NCBI GenBank assembly: GCA_963805855.1
Contig: CAWDVW010000002.1
Location: 320,001 to 384,000 of the forward strand
DNA length: 64,000 bases
Direction of reading: 5' to 3'
From: Candidatus Dadabacteria bacterium
Lineage (GTDB): Bacteria > Desulfobacterota_D > UBA1144 > Nemesobacterales > CSP1-2
The translations under genes and the position numbers were made by a program. The notes under the pieces are model-generated. The model did not search any database. It was not told where the DNA came from and worked only from the letters and a program-made list of their open reading frames with translations. Of this stretch, positions 41,558 through 52,415 are shown in pieces; position 1 is the first letter of the stretch, and each line of letters opens with the position of its first letter.

Positions 41558-42280
41558 TCAACGCTTATAAGGTCTTATCACCGCTCGAGCAGGAGCTCCG
41601 TCACCCTTTTCTATTTTCATGGGTAGACAAATTAGGTCGTAATTTCCCTGCTTAACCCCCGACAGGTCGAGCCCCTCTATAATCCAGATACCGCACTTCA
41701 GAAGCACCTGATGAACTTGATTGATGTTTTTATTATATCCGCCTACCGAAAGATAATCGACACCGATTGTCCGAACCTTCCTATCGACAAGATATTTCAA
41801 AGAATCCGTCGAGATATATACAAAATCTTCCACAAATTCGTCGCTCTTCCAACAGCGTTCCGAGTTTAGAGTCTTGAAAAGTATTCTCTCACCCTTACGA
41901 ATACGATGGAGGCGTAGTTCCTCGGGTTTTATGGATTCGGTGTCCACTATTTCTATAACGCGGGCTTTCCCAATCACTGCCGAAAGTGGAAGATCGTGTA
42001 TTGCAGCACCTGATTTAACAAAATGATATGGGGAATCAATGTGCGTGCCGGTATGTGAGCTCATAAAGACAGTCGAGACGTTGCAGTCGTCACCGCTCTC
42101 TATCTTGAGCATCCTCTCAATCTTCACGTCGGGGTCGCCGGGCCAATGGACCATGCCGCTTCGAAGCGTTACAGACACGTCAATCCAGCCATAACCTGAT
42201 AGAAAGCCATTAAGACTAGCCATCTTGCTCGAAGAATATTTAGAAATTTGAAGCTCCCGAGATTTATTTATATCAGTCAA
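41558..42280 (-). CDS. Cyclase family (kynurenine formamidase-like) hydrolase
   Basis: HTGTHIDSPYH, GVDYLS, IIEGL, DGAPAR. Confidence 0.9.
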   Translation of the reverse strand: MTDINKSRELQISKYSSSKMASLNGFLSGYGWIDVSVTLRSGMVHWPGDPDVKIERMLKIESGDDCNVSTVFMSSHTGTHIDSPYHFVKSGAAIHDLPLSAVIGKARVIEIVDTESIKPEELRLHRIRKGERILFKTLNSERCWKSDEFVEDFVYISTDSLKYLVDRKVRTIGVDYLSVGGYNKNINQVHQVLLKCGIWIIEGLDLSGVKQGNYDLICLPMKIEKGDGAPARAVIRPYKR

Positions 42281-42452
42281 AACTTAGAACTTCAACACAA
42301 TATTAACGTAGTTATGATAAAGATCTTAGCTACCAAATAGTTCACTATTCTGATGCCACTTTCAATCTATCATGGAGATGGACTAATCACACTATGGGCG
42401 GTGCCACCCCATTTCCCTACAGCCGCTCACTCAAATTGACTATCACTTACCT

Positions 42453-42986
42453 TTATCCAAAAGAGTCACTTAGCTGTCCAATTATATTATCGGCTATGTT
42501 TTCGGGAGATTTGTTTTCAGTTTCAATTACTATATCTGCTTTTTCATAAAGGGGCATTCTCAAAGAAAGTAGCTCACGCACCTTTTCGAACGGTTTTTCG
42601 ACCTGAAGGAGAGGGCGCGACGTATCATTTTTTATTCTATTCCAGAGGACATCAGGAGATGCTTTGAGGTAGATAGTAATACCCTCCTCTTTCATGATTT
42701 TCCAATTAGATTGGCGTAAAACAACTCCTCCTCCTGTTGCAACTATCTGCCCGCCGTTCTGAGAAACGGATCGGAGCGTCTTAGATTCCAACTCCCTGAA
42801 AAAGGCCTCTCCATGGTCCGAGAATATACTGGAAATCGTCTTACCACATTCAGCTTCTATTAACTCGTCAAGATCGCAATACTCAAGCCGAAGCTTTTCA
42901 GCGAGAATCCTTCCAACGCTCGTCTTCCCGGCCCCCATGAAACCAATTAGGTAGATGTTTTTGGAGATTTTATTTTTAATTACCAT
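42453..42986 (-). CDS. aroK: Shikimate kinase
   Basis: GFMGAGKT, GEAFFRELE, ATGGG, RPLL. Confidence 0.95.
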   Translation of the reverse strand: MVIKNKISKNIYLIGFMGAGKTSVGRILAEKLRLEYCDLDELIEAECGKTISSIFSDHGEAFFRELESKTLRSVSQNGGQIVATGGGVVLRQSNWKIMKEEGITIYLKASPDVLWNRIKNDTSRPLLQVEKPFEKVRELLSLRMPLYEKADIVIETENKSPENIADNIIGQLSDSFG

Positions 42987-43014
42987 TTATATGAATTTAG
43001 CCACAAACGGTAAG

Positions 43015-43137
43015 ACAATTTCCAAATCCCAAATAACGAATCGCAAACAATGACCAAATTTTAAATTCCAAACGCCAAACATTTGAAATTTCGTGCTTGG
43101 AATTTATTTGTAATTTGTAATTTGTTAATTGGGGCTT
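43015..43137. repeat. Heptamer-built imperfect inverted repeat between ribE and aroK
   Basis: ccaaatc-ccaaata... arm, then ttggaat-ttatttg-taatttg... arm; same family as 3381-3510. Confidence 0.7.
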
Positions 43138-43162
43138 CATAATCCGAGGTTGAGCTTCTCTA

Positions 43163-43795
43163 TCACAACTTCTTAACAAGCTTTCTTAAATCTTTCTTCT
43201 CTTTCTTCTCCACTACAAAGTTTTCCACATATTTCCCAATTATGTCGCATTCTATGTTAACTAAATCCCCTGTTCTCATATCACCAAAAACTGTAGCGTC
43301 CTGTGTGTATGGGATGATATTCACCGAAAATTTATCTCCGTCCACTCTGTTTACCGTCAGGCTTACACCGTCGATCGCTATTGACCCCTTTTCAACTACA
43401 TATCTTGAAAGCTCCGGTATCAATGTCACCCAGACTTCCCTTGATTCTCCCTTCTGCTCAATTGAACTTATCCTTCCAACTCCGTCCACATGCCCATTGA
43501 CAATATGACCACCTAGCCTATCTCCAACCTTTACCGCGCGCTCAAGATTTACCCTACTACCTACCCTGACCTTTGAGAGATTTGTCCTGTTGAGCGTTTC
43601 ATGAGAGGCTTTTACCTCAAAAGCTCCCTTACTCAATGATATAACGGTCAGACAGGTGCCATTTACTGATATACTTTCGCCGTGATCCAGTTCATCAACA
43701 TTAATTTTGTCTGTCGAAATAACAAAAACAACATCTTTTGCCTTCTTCTTTATCGCTTCAATCTTACCTAAATCCTCAACGATTCCTGTAAACAT
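43163..43795 (-). CDS. ribE: Riboflavin synthase
   Basis: MFTGIV, SVNGTCLT, VNLERA, GGHIVNGHVD. Confidence 0.95.
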   Translation of the reverse strand: MFTGIVEDLGKIEAIKKKAKDVVFVISTDKINVDELDHGESISVNGTCLTVISLSKGAFEVKASHETLNRTNLSKVRVGSRVNLERAVKVGDRLGGHIVNGHVDGVGRISSIEQKGESREVWVTLIPELSRYVVEKGSIAIDGVSLTVNRVDGDKFSVNIIPYTQDATVFGDMRTGDLVNIECDIIGKYVENFVVEKKEKKDLRKLVKKL

Positions 43796-43797
43796 AT

Positions 43798-44283
43798 TTA
43801 TTTGCCTCTTTTTAGGAAGAATGTGTCAAATAGTATTAGAATGACGCCGATCGTTATTGCCGAATCGGCAACATTGAACGGTGGCCATTGATAATGTAGA
43901 TTTCCGAACCAATGGAAACCAAGAAAATCGGTGACGTAGCCGAACCTGAATCTGTCAATTGAATTACCAATTGCGCCGCCAAGTATCAGCCCAAGAGAGA
44001 CAACTAACACCCTGTCATTTTCTGCTACTTTCCTTAGAAATATGAATATTGCCAATATAGCTATGATCAGCACGATGGCGAATAATGGAAATCTTAGACT
44101 CTCAGGTAAATCGCGGAGTATGCCAAAGGCCGCGCCTGTATTCCTGAGATGTGTGATATCGAAGAACGGTAATACGTTGATCCTGGTATAGAGTGGGAGT
44201 TCCGTCCTGATAATCCATTTAGTTATTTGATCAACTACTATTACTGCAAGAGAAACAGCAACTGCTAATCTATATTTATTCAT
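43798..44283 (-). CDS. lspA: Lipoprotein signal peptidase II
   Basis: DQITK, NTGAAFG, GAIGN.IDR, FNVADS. Confidence 0.95.
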   Translation of the reverse strand: MNKYRLAVAVSLAVIVVDQITKWIIRTELPLYTRINVLPFFDITHLRNTGAAFGILRDLPESLRFPLFAIVLIIAILAIFIFLRKVAENDRVLVVSLGLILGGAIGNSIDRFRFGYVTDFLGFHWFGNLHYQWPPFNVADSAITIGVILILFDTFFLKRGK

Positions 44284-44349
44284 TGTTTTAGCAAGATTAT
44301 ATCGGATTAACCTGTTACTTCAACAAAGTGGCTTCCGTCCATAATTTTG

Positions 44350-44840
44350 TGTAGGCACTGACTTGTCTATGCAGCCTCAGCACGAACAAGTTCGTGCCTA
44401 CAGGCATTAGAGAAATAAGACATATAAGCCGCTCTTACAAGCATTACGTCATTCCCAAGCAATAGGCGTCCTTCGGCAGGCCTGTACTGAGTGAAATCGA
44501 ATTGCTCAGGGCAGGCTTGGCGCGAGTTGGAATCGCGGCTGGAAGCCGCTCCTACGGTGGGATAGAAACATCTCTTCGATCCTTCGACATCACTCCGGCC
44601 CAGGACAAAGCCCTCCCTGCGAGCAACGCTATTTAAATAGTCTTTAACAACTCAAAGGTCGGCGCTTTATTAATTTTATCGTGGCTAGATGCCACTCCTA
44701 TGTGCGGGACTGGAAAATCCCGCCTATCTGAAGGATAGTTTAGAGAAATCTCCCTCTATCCTTCTTTTCATAATGACGGATCATTGCAGGCGCAGACTTG
44801 TGTCTGCAACCTCAGCACGAACAAGTTCGTGCCTACAAAA
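44350..44840. repeat. Cluster of GTAG-type REP-like hairpins and nested repeats
   Basis: cctcagcacgaacaagttcgtgcctaca at ~44375 and ~44810; gcggctggaagccgctcctac; nested CCTTCG..CTCAGG unit. Confidence 0.7.
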
Positions 44841-44852
44841 ATAACTTCCCTT

Positions 44853-47096
44853 TTATCTACCCTTTGCCCACCTACCGCGTTCGATAAAATCAATAGCGTA
44901 ATCTCTCGATTTACCATCTGGATCGATGAAAATAATCCGTTGGAACTTTCCTATTGCTCCATCATAGTCACCTACGGAAAAAAGGTTAATGCCGAGAAGT
45001 TTTAGATTCTCTATTTCTAGCTCTATTGAAGGCAAACCCAACCATTCGGATTGTTTGAGATATGAAGCGGCTTTTTCGAATTCCCCGTTTTTGTAAAATA
45101 TCCGCCCGAGCAAATAATACGCAGGTGAATAGTAGGGGTTATTCCTTATTAATTCCTCTAATGAACTAACGTGGATCAAATCATCTGTGGTGGAAAAAGA
45201 CTCCCGAATCCTTTCCTCTATCATCCCGCCAGCCGAGATCGCTGAGAGCTTCACATCTAATTCCCTCTCTAGACTGTCTGTAAGCGGACGCATGACCAGA
45301 TTTCTAAAGACTCGTTCCGCTTCCTCAACTTCCCCAGTTTGCCACAGAAGATTTCCTTTCAGGTTTTCGAGAATGGCTTTATCAATATCGGGAAACGAAA
45401 AGTCATTTTCGAGAAGCTTTCTCAGCTCGTCATAATCCTTGTCAAAATAGTAGGAGTAAGCGAGACTTTCGATAACTCCCGGATCATCCGGATTTAATTC
45501 AGACGCCTCGAGAAAGAGGTTCTTTGATCCATAGAAATTACCATCGTCAAAATCCTTAACCCCCATTTGTTTTAATTCCGCAATCCTTCTCGGACACCTC
45601 CCCTGAAATATACTGGGTTCCTGAAACATGTATTTAGCGAGTATATTTAACTTCGAAGGAATCGTAATTCCATCTAAGAAAGATCTCCATTCCCGTGTGA
45701 GTTCATCCAGACTCTTCCCATAAATCGAAAAGTCTCCGGTCTTATAAAGAGCTTTGAACCTTTCAATTCCGTAATTATCAATCAGAAAACGCGAAAAAGA
45801 ACCCATAAGTGTATAACTTTTTCTTGGAGGTGCGTACCAGAATCCAAAACCGACTATGGAGTTTATGTCGGGAGCATCGCCCAATTCGATCATTGCTTTT
45901 GACCATTGATGCGGTGTGTAGCTATCCCTGCTCCAATCCGAAGCTACTGCAAGCCCTTCAATCAGCCCAATCTTAGGGCTAACATGAAGGATTTTCATCC
46001 CGAATCCTGAAGCCATAACATGCGCAAGCTCATGTTTTAAGACCGGATCGGGAAATGTATCGTAAACAAGATGGATTTCATTCTTGACAGGATTTGCCAC
46101 GGTGGTCTCACCGGCGCCAATCAATTTTTTCCTCGTCTCTGTATCGGGATAGATATAGGATCGGATCTTCTCGCCCGGATTGATCTTTAACAGATCTTTT
46201 AATCGCCTGAACCTCCATTCATGATCTTCTGCGATGAGGCGAATATTTTGCGCCACTTCAGTACCCGGAGAATAATGAATCACAAAATGCTCTGTTTCAA
46301 AGGATGACTTCAGGTAATTTTGAGTTATATATTCTCTCGTATAGCTTATTCCGATTTCATTTTCATTTAAGTAAACTACAACTAAGACACCAACGATTGA
46401 TAAAAAAATCACGATATCCCAAAAACCCAATACTCCATGTTTAAAGCCATTAAGCAGCCTGGCGGAAAGCCTGGCGGAAATCAGGAATAGAATTCCCCAG
46501 CACAAGGTTAAAATTCGATAGACGATGAACGTTGTTGTGATGGGAATGACTTCATCGTATAGCGGACCCGGGAAGTACCCTATAACAATATTATAGAAAA
46601 AGAAGGAGGGGTCATTATAAACTTGCCATATGGAAAAACAGATCGTGGAAATAAGGATAAGCGCAGCTACCAAGAATCCCCATCTTCGGAAAAGGGTTCC
46701 GCATAGAATACCGAGCCCGGTCGAGAAAAACACCGTAACAAGAGGAATCAAAAGATAAAAATATAGTCCTTCTCTTACAAAGCAATCCTGTTTCAGCATG
46801 GAACTTGCAAGGCCTATTAAAAGGGGACAGACTGCGATCAGATAATTAGTTATGAAAATTGTAGATGCTAGATCACCGAATCCTTTTTCCGTTCCGAATT
46901 TTGTACGAAATTCGACGCCTGCAAATTTTGAGGAGATAAAAACTGATACAAAAGCTAAAATAAACGAAATCGCTAAAGAGTACTCATAGCCCAGTGTGCC
47001 AATTAAAGGTAGGAAGGTTATTGCTATTGATATCAGTATCACTAAAACAATTGATATAATGACTTTAGTCGAAAAGAATATCTCTCTAAAAAACAT
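44853..47096 (-). CDS. Membrane protein with gluzincin-like (peptidase MA) domain and C-terminal TPRs
   Basis: About 7 TM helices, HELAH...EGLA, TPR-like helices. Confidence 0.65.
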   Translation of the reverse strand: MFFREIFFSTKVIISIVLVILISIAITFLPLIGTLGYEYSLAISFILAFVSVFISSKFAGVEFRTKFGTEKGFGDLASTIFITNYLIAVCPLLIGLASSMLKQDCFVREGLYFYLLIPLVTVFFSTGLGILCGTLFRRWGFLVAALILISTICFSIWQVYNDPSFFFYNIVIGYFPGPLYDEVIPITTTFIVYRILTLCWGILFLISARLSARLLNGFKHGVLGFWDIVIFLSIVGVLVVVYLNENEIGISYTREYITQNYLKSSFETEHFVIHYSPGTEVAQNIRLIAEDHEWRFRRLKDLLKINPGEKIRSYIYPDTETRKKLIGAGETTVANPVKNEIHLVYDTFPDPVLKHELAHVMASGFGMKILHVSPKIGLIEGLAVASDWSRDSYTPHQWSKAMIELGDAPDINSIVGFGFWYAPPRKSYTLMGSFSRFLIDNYGIERFKALYKTGDFSIYGKSLDELTREWRSFLDGITIPSKLNILAKYMFQEPSIFQGRCPRRIAELKQMGVKDFDDGNFYGSKNLFLEASELNPDDPGVIESLAYSYYFDKDYDELRKLLENDFSFPDIDKAILENLKGNLLWQTGEVEEAERVFRNLVMRPLTDSLERELDVKLSAISAGGMIEERIRESFSTTDDLIHVSSLEELIRNNPYYSPAYYLLGRIFYKNGEFEKAASYLKQSEWLGLPSIELEIENLKLLGINLFSVGDYDGAIGKFQRIIFIDPDGKSRDYAIDFIERGRWAKGR

Positions 47097-47356
47097 GGAT
47101 TAGTGCTCCGCGTTTATATCAAATAAGAACCATCAATATTGGATTCGTTGAAAAAATACATCATTTCTCTCAAATAATGAATAGCCCCGAGCGAATCTCT
47201 AGATTATTAGCGCATGAACCAACAGTCTCTTCGGTAATTGCTGTAAATGTCTCGTAATTCGACGACAGAATCCAAAAAATAATAAATCTTCTCGAAACTT
47301 ACTCATCCGTCATCCTCGAATGTTTTAATCGGGGATCCATGGTTTAGTCTTTTATT

Positions 47357-47598
47357 TTCTTTGTCTTGATACAAAGAAACAAAAATCAATGGCTGACAAA
47401 AAACGCTTGCGTATCGAGCGAATGCGAGATATCTATTGCTATAATTAATTAGTTCTCTCAGTCACTTTGTTCCTTCGAGATGACAGTAATGATTGTCACT
47501 TTTTTTTACGCTTCCGGAATTGATTTTGGCAATTTTTTGAATGCCCATTTAAAATCTAAGAAATTGTCCCCGAATTATCTAACATCTACAGCAATGAC
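47357..47598 (+). repeat. ~242-bp dispersed repeat, copy 2
   Basis: Near-identical to 36817-37058. Confidence 0.9.
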
Positions 47599-47623
47599 AG
47601 TGGATACCGTGTAGCTACAGGAA

Positions 47624-48052
47624 ATTGGTATAGGACTATTCTATTCAACTATTACGACCGCGGCTGTTACTTCTCTGGATCCATCCCGTGCAAGTCTCGC
47701 CGGAGGTATTATCTATATGTTCCAGATTGCAGATGCAGCCTTGGGCCTTGGAATTACTACGAATATTTTCATTTCATCTTCTAGGGGTTTTCTTGCTCGT
47801 GAAATCAAAAGACTTGGGGTCTCAATAACGGATACACAGAAGAGTGTTATAAAAGGAATTCTGGCCGGCATTGAAATTATTAAAGATGCTAAAGAGTTTT
47901 TTAACCCGGAACTCTTCAACCGTATTATTTCAATCATACACTAAGCCTTTATGCACGGGCTCGAGGATGGATTTGCTTTTGCCGGCGCGTCAGCCCTAGT
48001 ATCATTCGTGATTGCGCTGTTATTCGTTGGGCGACGTTATAGCTCAAGCTAA
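47624..48052 (+). pseudogene. 3' remnant of an MFS (DHA2-like) transporter
   Basis: IGIGLFYSTITTAAVTSLDPSRASLAGGIIYMFQ...H*AFMHGLEDGF...; no 5' part; internal TAA at 47942. Confidence 0.7.
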
Positions 48053-48070
48053 AATTAGATTTATCTGCCT

Positions 48071-48649
48071 GTGTTAGCTTTTAATGGTAATATAGAAAAC
48101 CAAAATATGAAGGAGGAACACATAATGGACATTTCCTCAAAAATCAAAATTGCTGGAGTCAAACCTCTTAATTTGCCCACCCCCGAACATGCGCTACCAC
48201 TTCTTACTGCTGAGATCGAGGATGGCGATGACCGCCTATGGATGAAATTAACAGATACGGTTTATAGCCGTCCATTGGCTATCTTCACATCGACGGGAGG
48301 GTGGATTGAGTTTTTTAAATCGACAACCTCAGGCTTCATGAATCGCCATCGTCATGACACACCGGTAATGGTATACGGCATCTCCGGGTCGTGGGGCTAT
48401 TTAGAACATGAATGGATTGCTAGCCCCGGTTCATTCCTCTATGAACCCGTTGGTGAAAGTCATACCTTTGTTGTATATAGTAATGAAGGCATGAAAGGGC
48501 TGGCACATATGTTTGGTCCGATTACGTTCATAGATGAGAACGGAAAAGACTTGGCAAACGTCGGAGCACTAGATGTTCTTGATAAATACAAAAACCATTG
48601 TGCGGAAGTTGGATTGGGAGCCGAATATGCTGAATCTTTGATCCGGTAA
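48071..48649 (+). CDS. 2,4'-dihydroxyacetophenone dioxygenase-like cupin (start likely 48107 or 48126)
   Basis: NRHRH, GSWGYLEHEW.A.PGSFLYEP.GESHT. Confidence 0.8.
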   Translation: MLAFNGNIENQNMKEEHIMDISSKIKIAGVKPLNLPTPEHALPLLTAEIEDGDDRLWMKLTDTVYSRPLAIFTSTGGWIEFFKSTTSGFMNRHRHDTPVMVYGISGSWGYLEHEWIASPGSFLYEPVGESHTFVVYSNEGMKGLAHMFGPITFIDENGKDLANVGALDVLDKYKNHCAEVGLGAEYAESLIR

Positions 48650-48691
48650 CCTATTTTAATCGATTAAATACGGCTATTTCAACGGATTGTC

Positions 48692-49441
48692 ATGAAGTCA
48701 AAATTTCTGGGTCAGACCCTATCGAATTTTAATACGCTTTCCTTTCACCATTACCCGATAAGGAAAATATTAAAAGACTCATTAGTCGCCCTCTTTATCA
48801 TTTTTGTTCTGATTTTAATTGCTCAATATGTGGGGGATTATATAACTCCCACCGAGGAATGGATTAAGGCTCAAGGCGTATTCGGACCGATAATTTTCAT
48901 CCTTGCATTCTGGATTTGTACCATAATCTTCATTCCTGGAAATTTATTCGCAATAGCTTCGGGGCTACTCTTCGGACTCAAATCGGGATTCATATATACC
49001 AGCATGGCCGAAGTATCAGGCGCTATTATTCTATTTTTGATTGCAAGGTATCTGGCCAGGAATACGGTTGAGACATACCTGAAAAACCATCCAAAATTTT
49101 TTGAGATTGACAAGCTGGTCAGCAAAAAGGGGAAGAAGGTTATGATGCTGTTACGTCTCGTGCCATTGCCATATACTTTCTTATGCTATTTGTTTGGAGT
49201 TAGTGAGGTCTCCTTCAAAGATTACGTAATTGCTCTACCCGTCATTTTCCCAAAACTGTTTTTAATGGTCTATTTTGGATATGTGGCCAACAAACTGACA
49301 AAATTATCGGCTGGCTCAGCCAGTAATTACTCTGACATTCACTATATTTCGCTGATTTTTGGCGTTATCGTTTCGATTATTGCCATCGCATACATAGGAC
49401 ATTTTGTCCTTCTGGTTCTGAGAAAAGCTGATCAACAATAG
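48692..49441 (+). CDS. TVP38/TMEM64 (DedA-like) membrane protein
   Basis: FIPG...ASGLLFG, FLIARYLAR, LRLVPLP. Confidence 0.88.
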   Translation: MKSKFLGQTLSNFNTLSFHHYPIRKILKDSLVALFIIFVLILIAQYVGDYITPTEEWIKAQGVFGPIIFILAFWICTIIFIPGNLFAIASGLLFGLKSGFIYTSMAEVSGAIILFLIARYLARNTVETYLKNHPKFFEIDKLVSKKGKKVMMLLRLVPLPYTFLCYLFGVSEVSFKDYVIALPVIFPKLFLMVYFGYVANKLTKLSAGSASNYSDIHYISLIFGVIVSIIAIAYIGHFVLLVLRKADQQ

Positions 49442-49576
49442 TGATAATTATATTAATTCGGGTATCATTTACGCTTTATCTATCTTTTCTCAAAATAACT
49501 GAGCTTTTCGAGTTATAATATTAACGCCTTTTACTTTATATCTTTCTCAAAATCACTAATGCCAAGCTAAGACGTA

Positions 49577-50362
49577 ATGTTACAATCACCAATTATTACA
49601 TATATTGGGCATGCCACAGTTTTAATAGAAATGAACGGCATGCGTATCTTGACCGACCCTGTCCTTCGCCACAGACTAGGATTACTCAGACATCTGAGAA
49701 CAGTCATAGCTCCGGCTGATTATGATAATATCGATGCCGTGTTAATATCTCATGTCCACCTAGACCACCTGGATATCCCCTCACTCAGGTTAGTTGAAAA
49801 GGGTACCCCGATAATAGTTCCTCAAGGGACCCGGAAGTTACTCCATAGGCGAGGTTTCAGAAACGTAGTCGAAATGCATATCTGCGATTCCATAAATATT
49901 GGTTCAATCAGCGTTAGATCTACATATGCACGTCATGGAGGAAAGCGATATCCGTTTGGTACGCAGGCTGATAGTATGGGTTATATCATTGATGGTTCCC
50001 ATAGTATTTACTTCGCGGGTGATACTGATTTATTCCCCGAAATGGCTGATCTTTGGGATGATCTAGACCTCGCCCTCCTCCCTATTTGGGGTTGGGGACC
50101 AACGTTGAGCAAAGGCCATTTGAACCCATATAGCGCTGCGGAAGCGCTGAGACTCCTATCTCCTCGTTTCGCAATACCCATTCATTGGGGAACACTTCAC
50201 CCATTGGGTATGGGCTGGATGAAGCCAAGATTCCTTTACGATCCACCCGACGACTTCGTCCGTCACGCGGCAACTATTGCTCCTGATGTGAAGATTCATG
50301 TGGTCAAGCCCGGTAGCATTGTAGACATATCTGGAGATTATCGACCCGATGCGCCTACGTAG
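49577..50362 (+). CDS. MBL-fold metallohydrolase (NAPE-PLD/RomA-like)
   Basis: GHATVL, ISHVHLDHLD, YFAGDT, PIHWGT. Confidence 0.88.
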   Translation: MLQSPIITYIGHATVLIEMNGMRILTDPVLRHRLGLLRHLRTVIAPADYDNIDAVLISHVHLDHLDIPSLRLVEKGTPIIVPQGTRKLLHRRGFRNVVEMHICDSINIGSISVRSTYARHGGKRYPFGTQADSMGYIIDGSHSIYFAGDTDLFPEMADLWDDLDLALLPIWGWGPTLSKGHLNPYSAAEALRLLSPRFAIPIHWGTLHPLGMGWMKPRFLYDPPDDFVRHAATIAPDVKIHVVKPGSIVDISGDYRPDAPT

Positions 50363-52415
50363 GGAAATATCCGAATTTTTCACCCTTGCATGGTTTACCA
50401 GAGTATTGATAATATGGGCCTTGGAAGTAGCTGGTCTCCTATTTCTTGTGGCGATATTACCAGGTTTGACAGTCATAAACTGGGATACCGCCATTTGGAC
50501 TATCTTATTAATAAGTCTCTTGAACGCCCTGATATGGCCGACACTTGTATACCTAACAGTGCCGTTTACCGTGCTTACATTCATACTTTTAACACTCGTG
50601 TTTAATGGCTTCATAATATGGTTATCAGGTCAGATTGATCCGAGCTTTGAATCGATAGGATACTGGAGTATATCGCTTGGAGCTTTGGGATTGACAGTCG
50701 TTAACGCATTGCTGATCGGCTTTCTTGCTATTGACTTCCACGAATCCTATCATCGCTATGTAATTCAACAATTCTCATCTAAGAAAGGAAATTCTGCAAA
50801 ATTTAACACACCGGGTGTAATGTTCTTAGAGATTGACGGACTCTCGGCTCCCGTATTAAGAAATGCGATTGAAATGGGTCAAATGCCGACTTTAGCCCGC
50901 TGGTTAAACAGTGGGAGCCACAGACTGATTGAATGGGAGTGCGATTTATCTTCCCAGACTGCTGCAAGTCAGGCAGGAATTCTACACGGAAACAACTTCG
51001 ACATACCCGCCTTCAGATGGTACGAAAAAGACAATGGAAAGATTATGGTATCCAACCATCCTCGTCACACGGCTGAGATCGAACAGCGTATGTCGGATGG
51101 TAATGGGCTGTTGGTGAATGAAGGAGCAAGCAGGGGCAATATGTTTTCAGGCGATGCTCCCGATGTCATGTTTACATTCAGCACACTTGCAGGACTTTCC
51201 AATGTTCATACCAAAACTTACTACCATTACTTCATAAATCCATATAATTTTGCCCGGATGATCGAGTTGTTTATCTGGGATATCATACTGGAGAAATATG
51301 CCGCATGGAAACAGAAGCTAACGGATGAACGTCCTCGAGTAAAGAGAAGAGGGGCATATCCGATTCTCAGGGCATTTACGACCATTTTCCTTAGGGAGCT
51401 CAGTATTTATATGTTGATTGGGGATATGTTCAAGGGGATACCTTCGGCTTATACCACCTTTGTCGGCTACGATGAGGTTGCACATCATTCCGGTATTGAA
51501 CGGGCCGACGCAATTGATGTCTTAAGAAAGCTGGACCATCAGTTCGCAAGACTTGAGGAAGCGGCAAATCAATCCCCGAGGCGATATCATTTTGTCGTTC
51601 TATCAGACCACGGTCAAAGTCAGGGCGCTACGTTCCTGCAAACACACAATATGACTCTAGCAGAATGCGTAAGGAGATTGATCTCAGAGGAGCACGCCGT
51701 TGAAAGCACAGAACACGCAAGCGAGGGATGGGGAAGCCTAAATGCATTTCTCACCGAATTCATGAAGGATGAAGAGCGCCGAGCGTCGCGTATTCTGAGA
51801 GGGATTATTAAACCAAGGACCTACAGTGGTAATGTAGTTTTGGGACCGGATCACAGGCACTATGTGCATGATAAAAAGCCCATAGAAAAAAGGGCAGCCG
51901 AAGTGGTAGTGCTGCCCTCAGGAAATTTAGGACTCGTTTATTTTACTGATTGGAAGGAACGATTAAGTTATGAAAAAATAAGGGAAAATTTTCCAAACGT
52001 CATACCTGGCTTGGTTCAGCATCCCGGAATCGGCTTCATCATGGTTCATTCTGAAGAAAACGGGCCAATGGCGATTGGGGCTAAAGGCACTCATTTTTTA
52101 GAAAATGGAATGATCGAAGGGGAGGATCCACTCAAGAATTTCAGCCCCAATGCTCCCGAACACCTTAGGCGAAGCGATACCTTCCCGCACGTCCCAGACA
52201 TCCTGGTAAACAGTCTCTATGACCCCCAAACCGGTGAAGTGGCCGCCTTCGAGGAACTCGTTGGCTCTCATGGCGGGCTGGGTGGATATCAGTCGAGGCC
52301 TTTCATATTTTATCCATCAGATTGGGAAACGCCTAACGAAAAAATAGTAGGTGCCACATCGGTATACTCATTACTAAAATCATGGGTTACACAGTGTTCA
52401 GGTACAGAAACTTAA
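50349..52415 (+). CDS. 4-TM holin-family domain fused to an alkaline-phosphatase-superfamily domain
   Basis: N-terminal 4 TM (LLNALIWP); EIDGL, SQTAASQ, YDEVAHH, LSDHGQ, GSHGG. Confidence 0.82.
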   Translation: MRLRREISEFFTLAWFTRVLIIWALEVAGLLFLVAILPGLTVINWDTAIWTILLISLLNALIWPTLVYLTVPFTVLTFILLTLVFNGFIIWLSGQIDPSFESIGYWSISLGALGLTVVNALLIGFLAIDFHESYHRYVIQQFSSKKGNSAKFNTPGVMFLEIDGLSAPVLRNAIEMGQMPTLARWLNSGSHRLIEWECDLSSQTAASQAGILHGNNFDIPAFRWYEKDNGKIMVSNHPRHTAEIEQRMSDGNGLLVNEGASRGNMFSGDAPDVMFTFSTLAGLSNVHTKTYYHYFINPYNFARMIELFIWDIILEKYAAWKQKLTDERPRVKRRGAYPILRAFTTIFLRELSIYMLIGDMFKGIPSAYTTFVGYDEVAHHSGIERADAIDVLRKLDHQFARLEEAANQSPRRYHFVVLSDHGQSQGATFLQTHNMTLAECVRRLISEEHAVESTEHASEGWGSLNAFLTEFMKDEERRASRILRGIIKPRTYSGNVVLGPDHRHYVHDKKPIEKRAAEVVVLPSGNLGLVYFTDWKERLSYEKIRENFPNVIPGLVQHPGIGFIMVHSEENGPMAIGAKGTHFLENGMIEGEDPLKNFSPNAPEHLRRSDTFPHVPDILVNSLYDPQTGEVAAFEELVGSHGGLGGYQSRPFIFYPSDWETPNEKIVGATSVYSLLKSWVTQCSGTET

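Noticed and set aside
44284-44850. FMN riboswitch upstream of lspA-ribE
   Set aside because: No RFN consensus recognised; the region is explained by REP-like repeats.
50349-50740. Holin domain as evidence of a prophage
   Set aside because: It is fused to an enzyme domain, with no endolysin or structural genes nearby.
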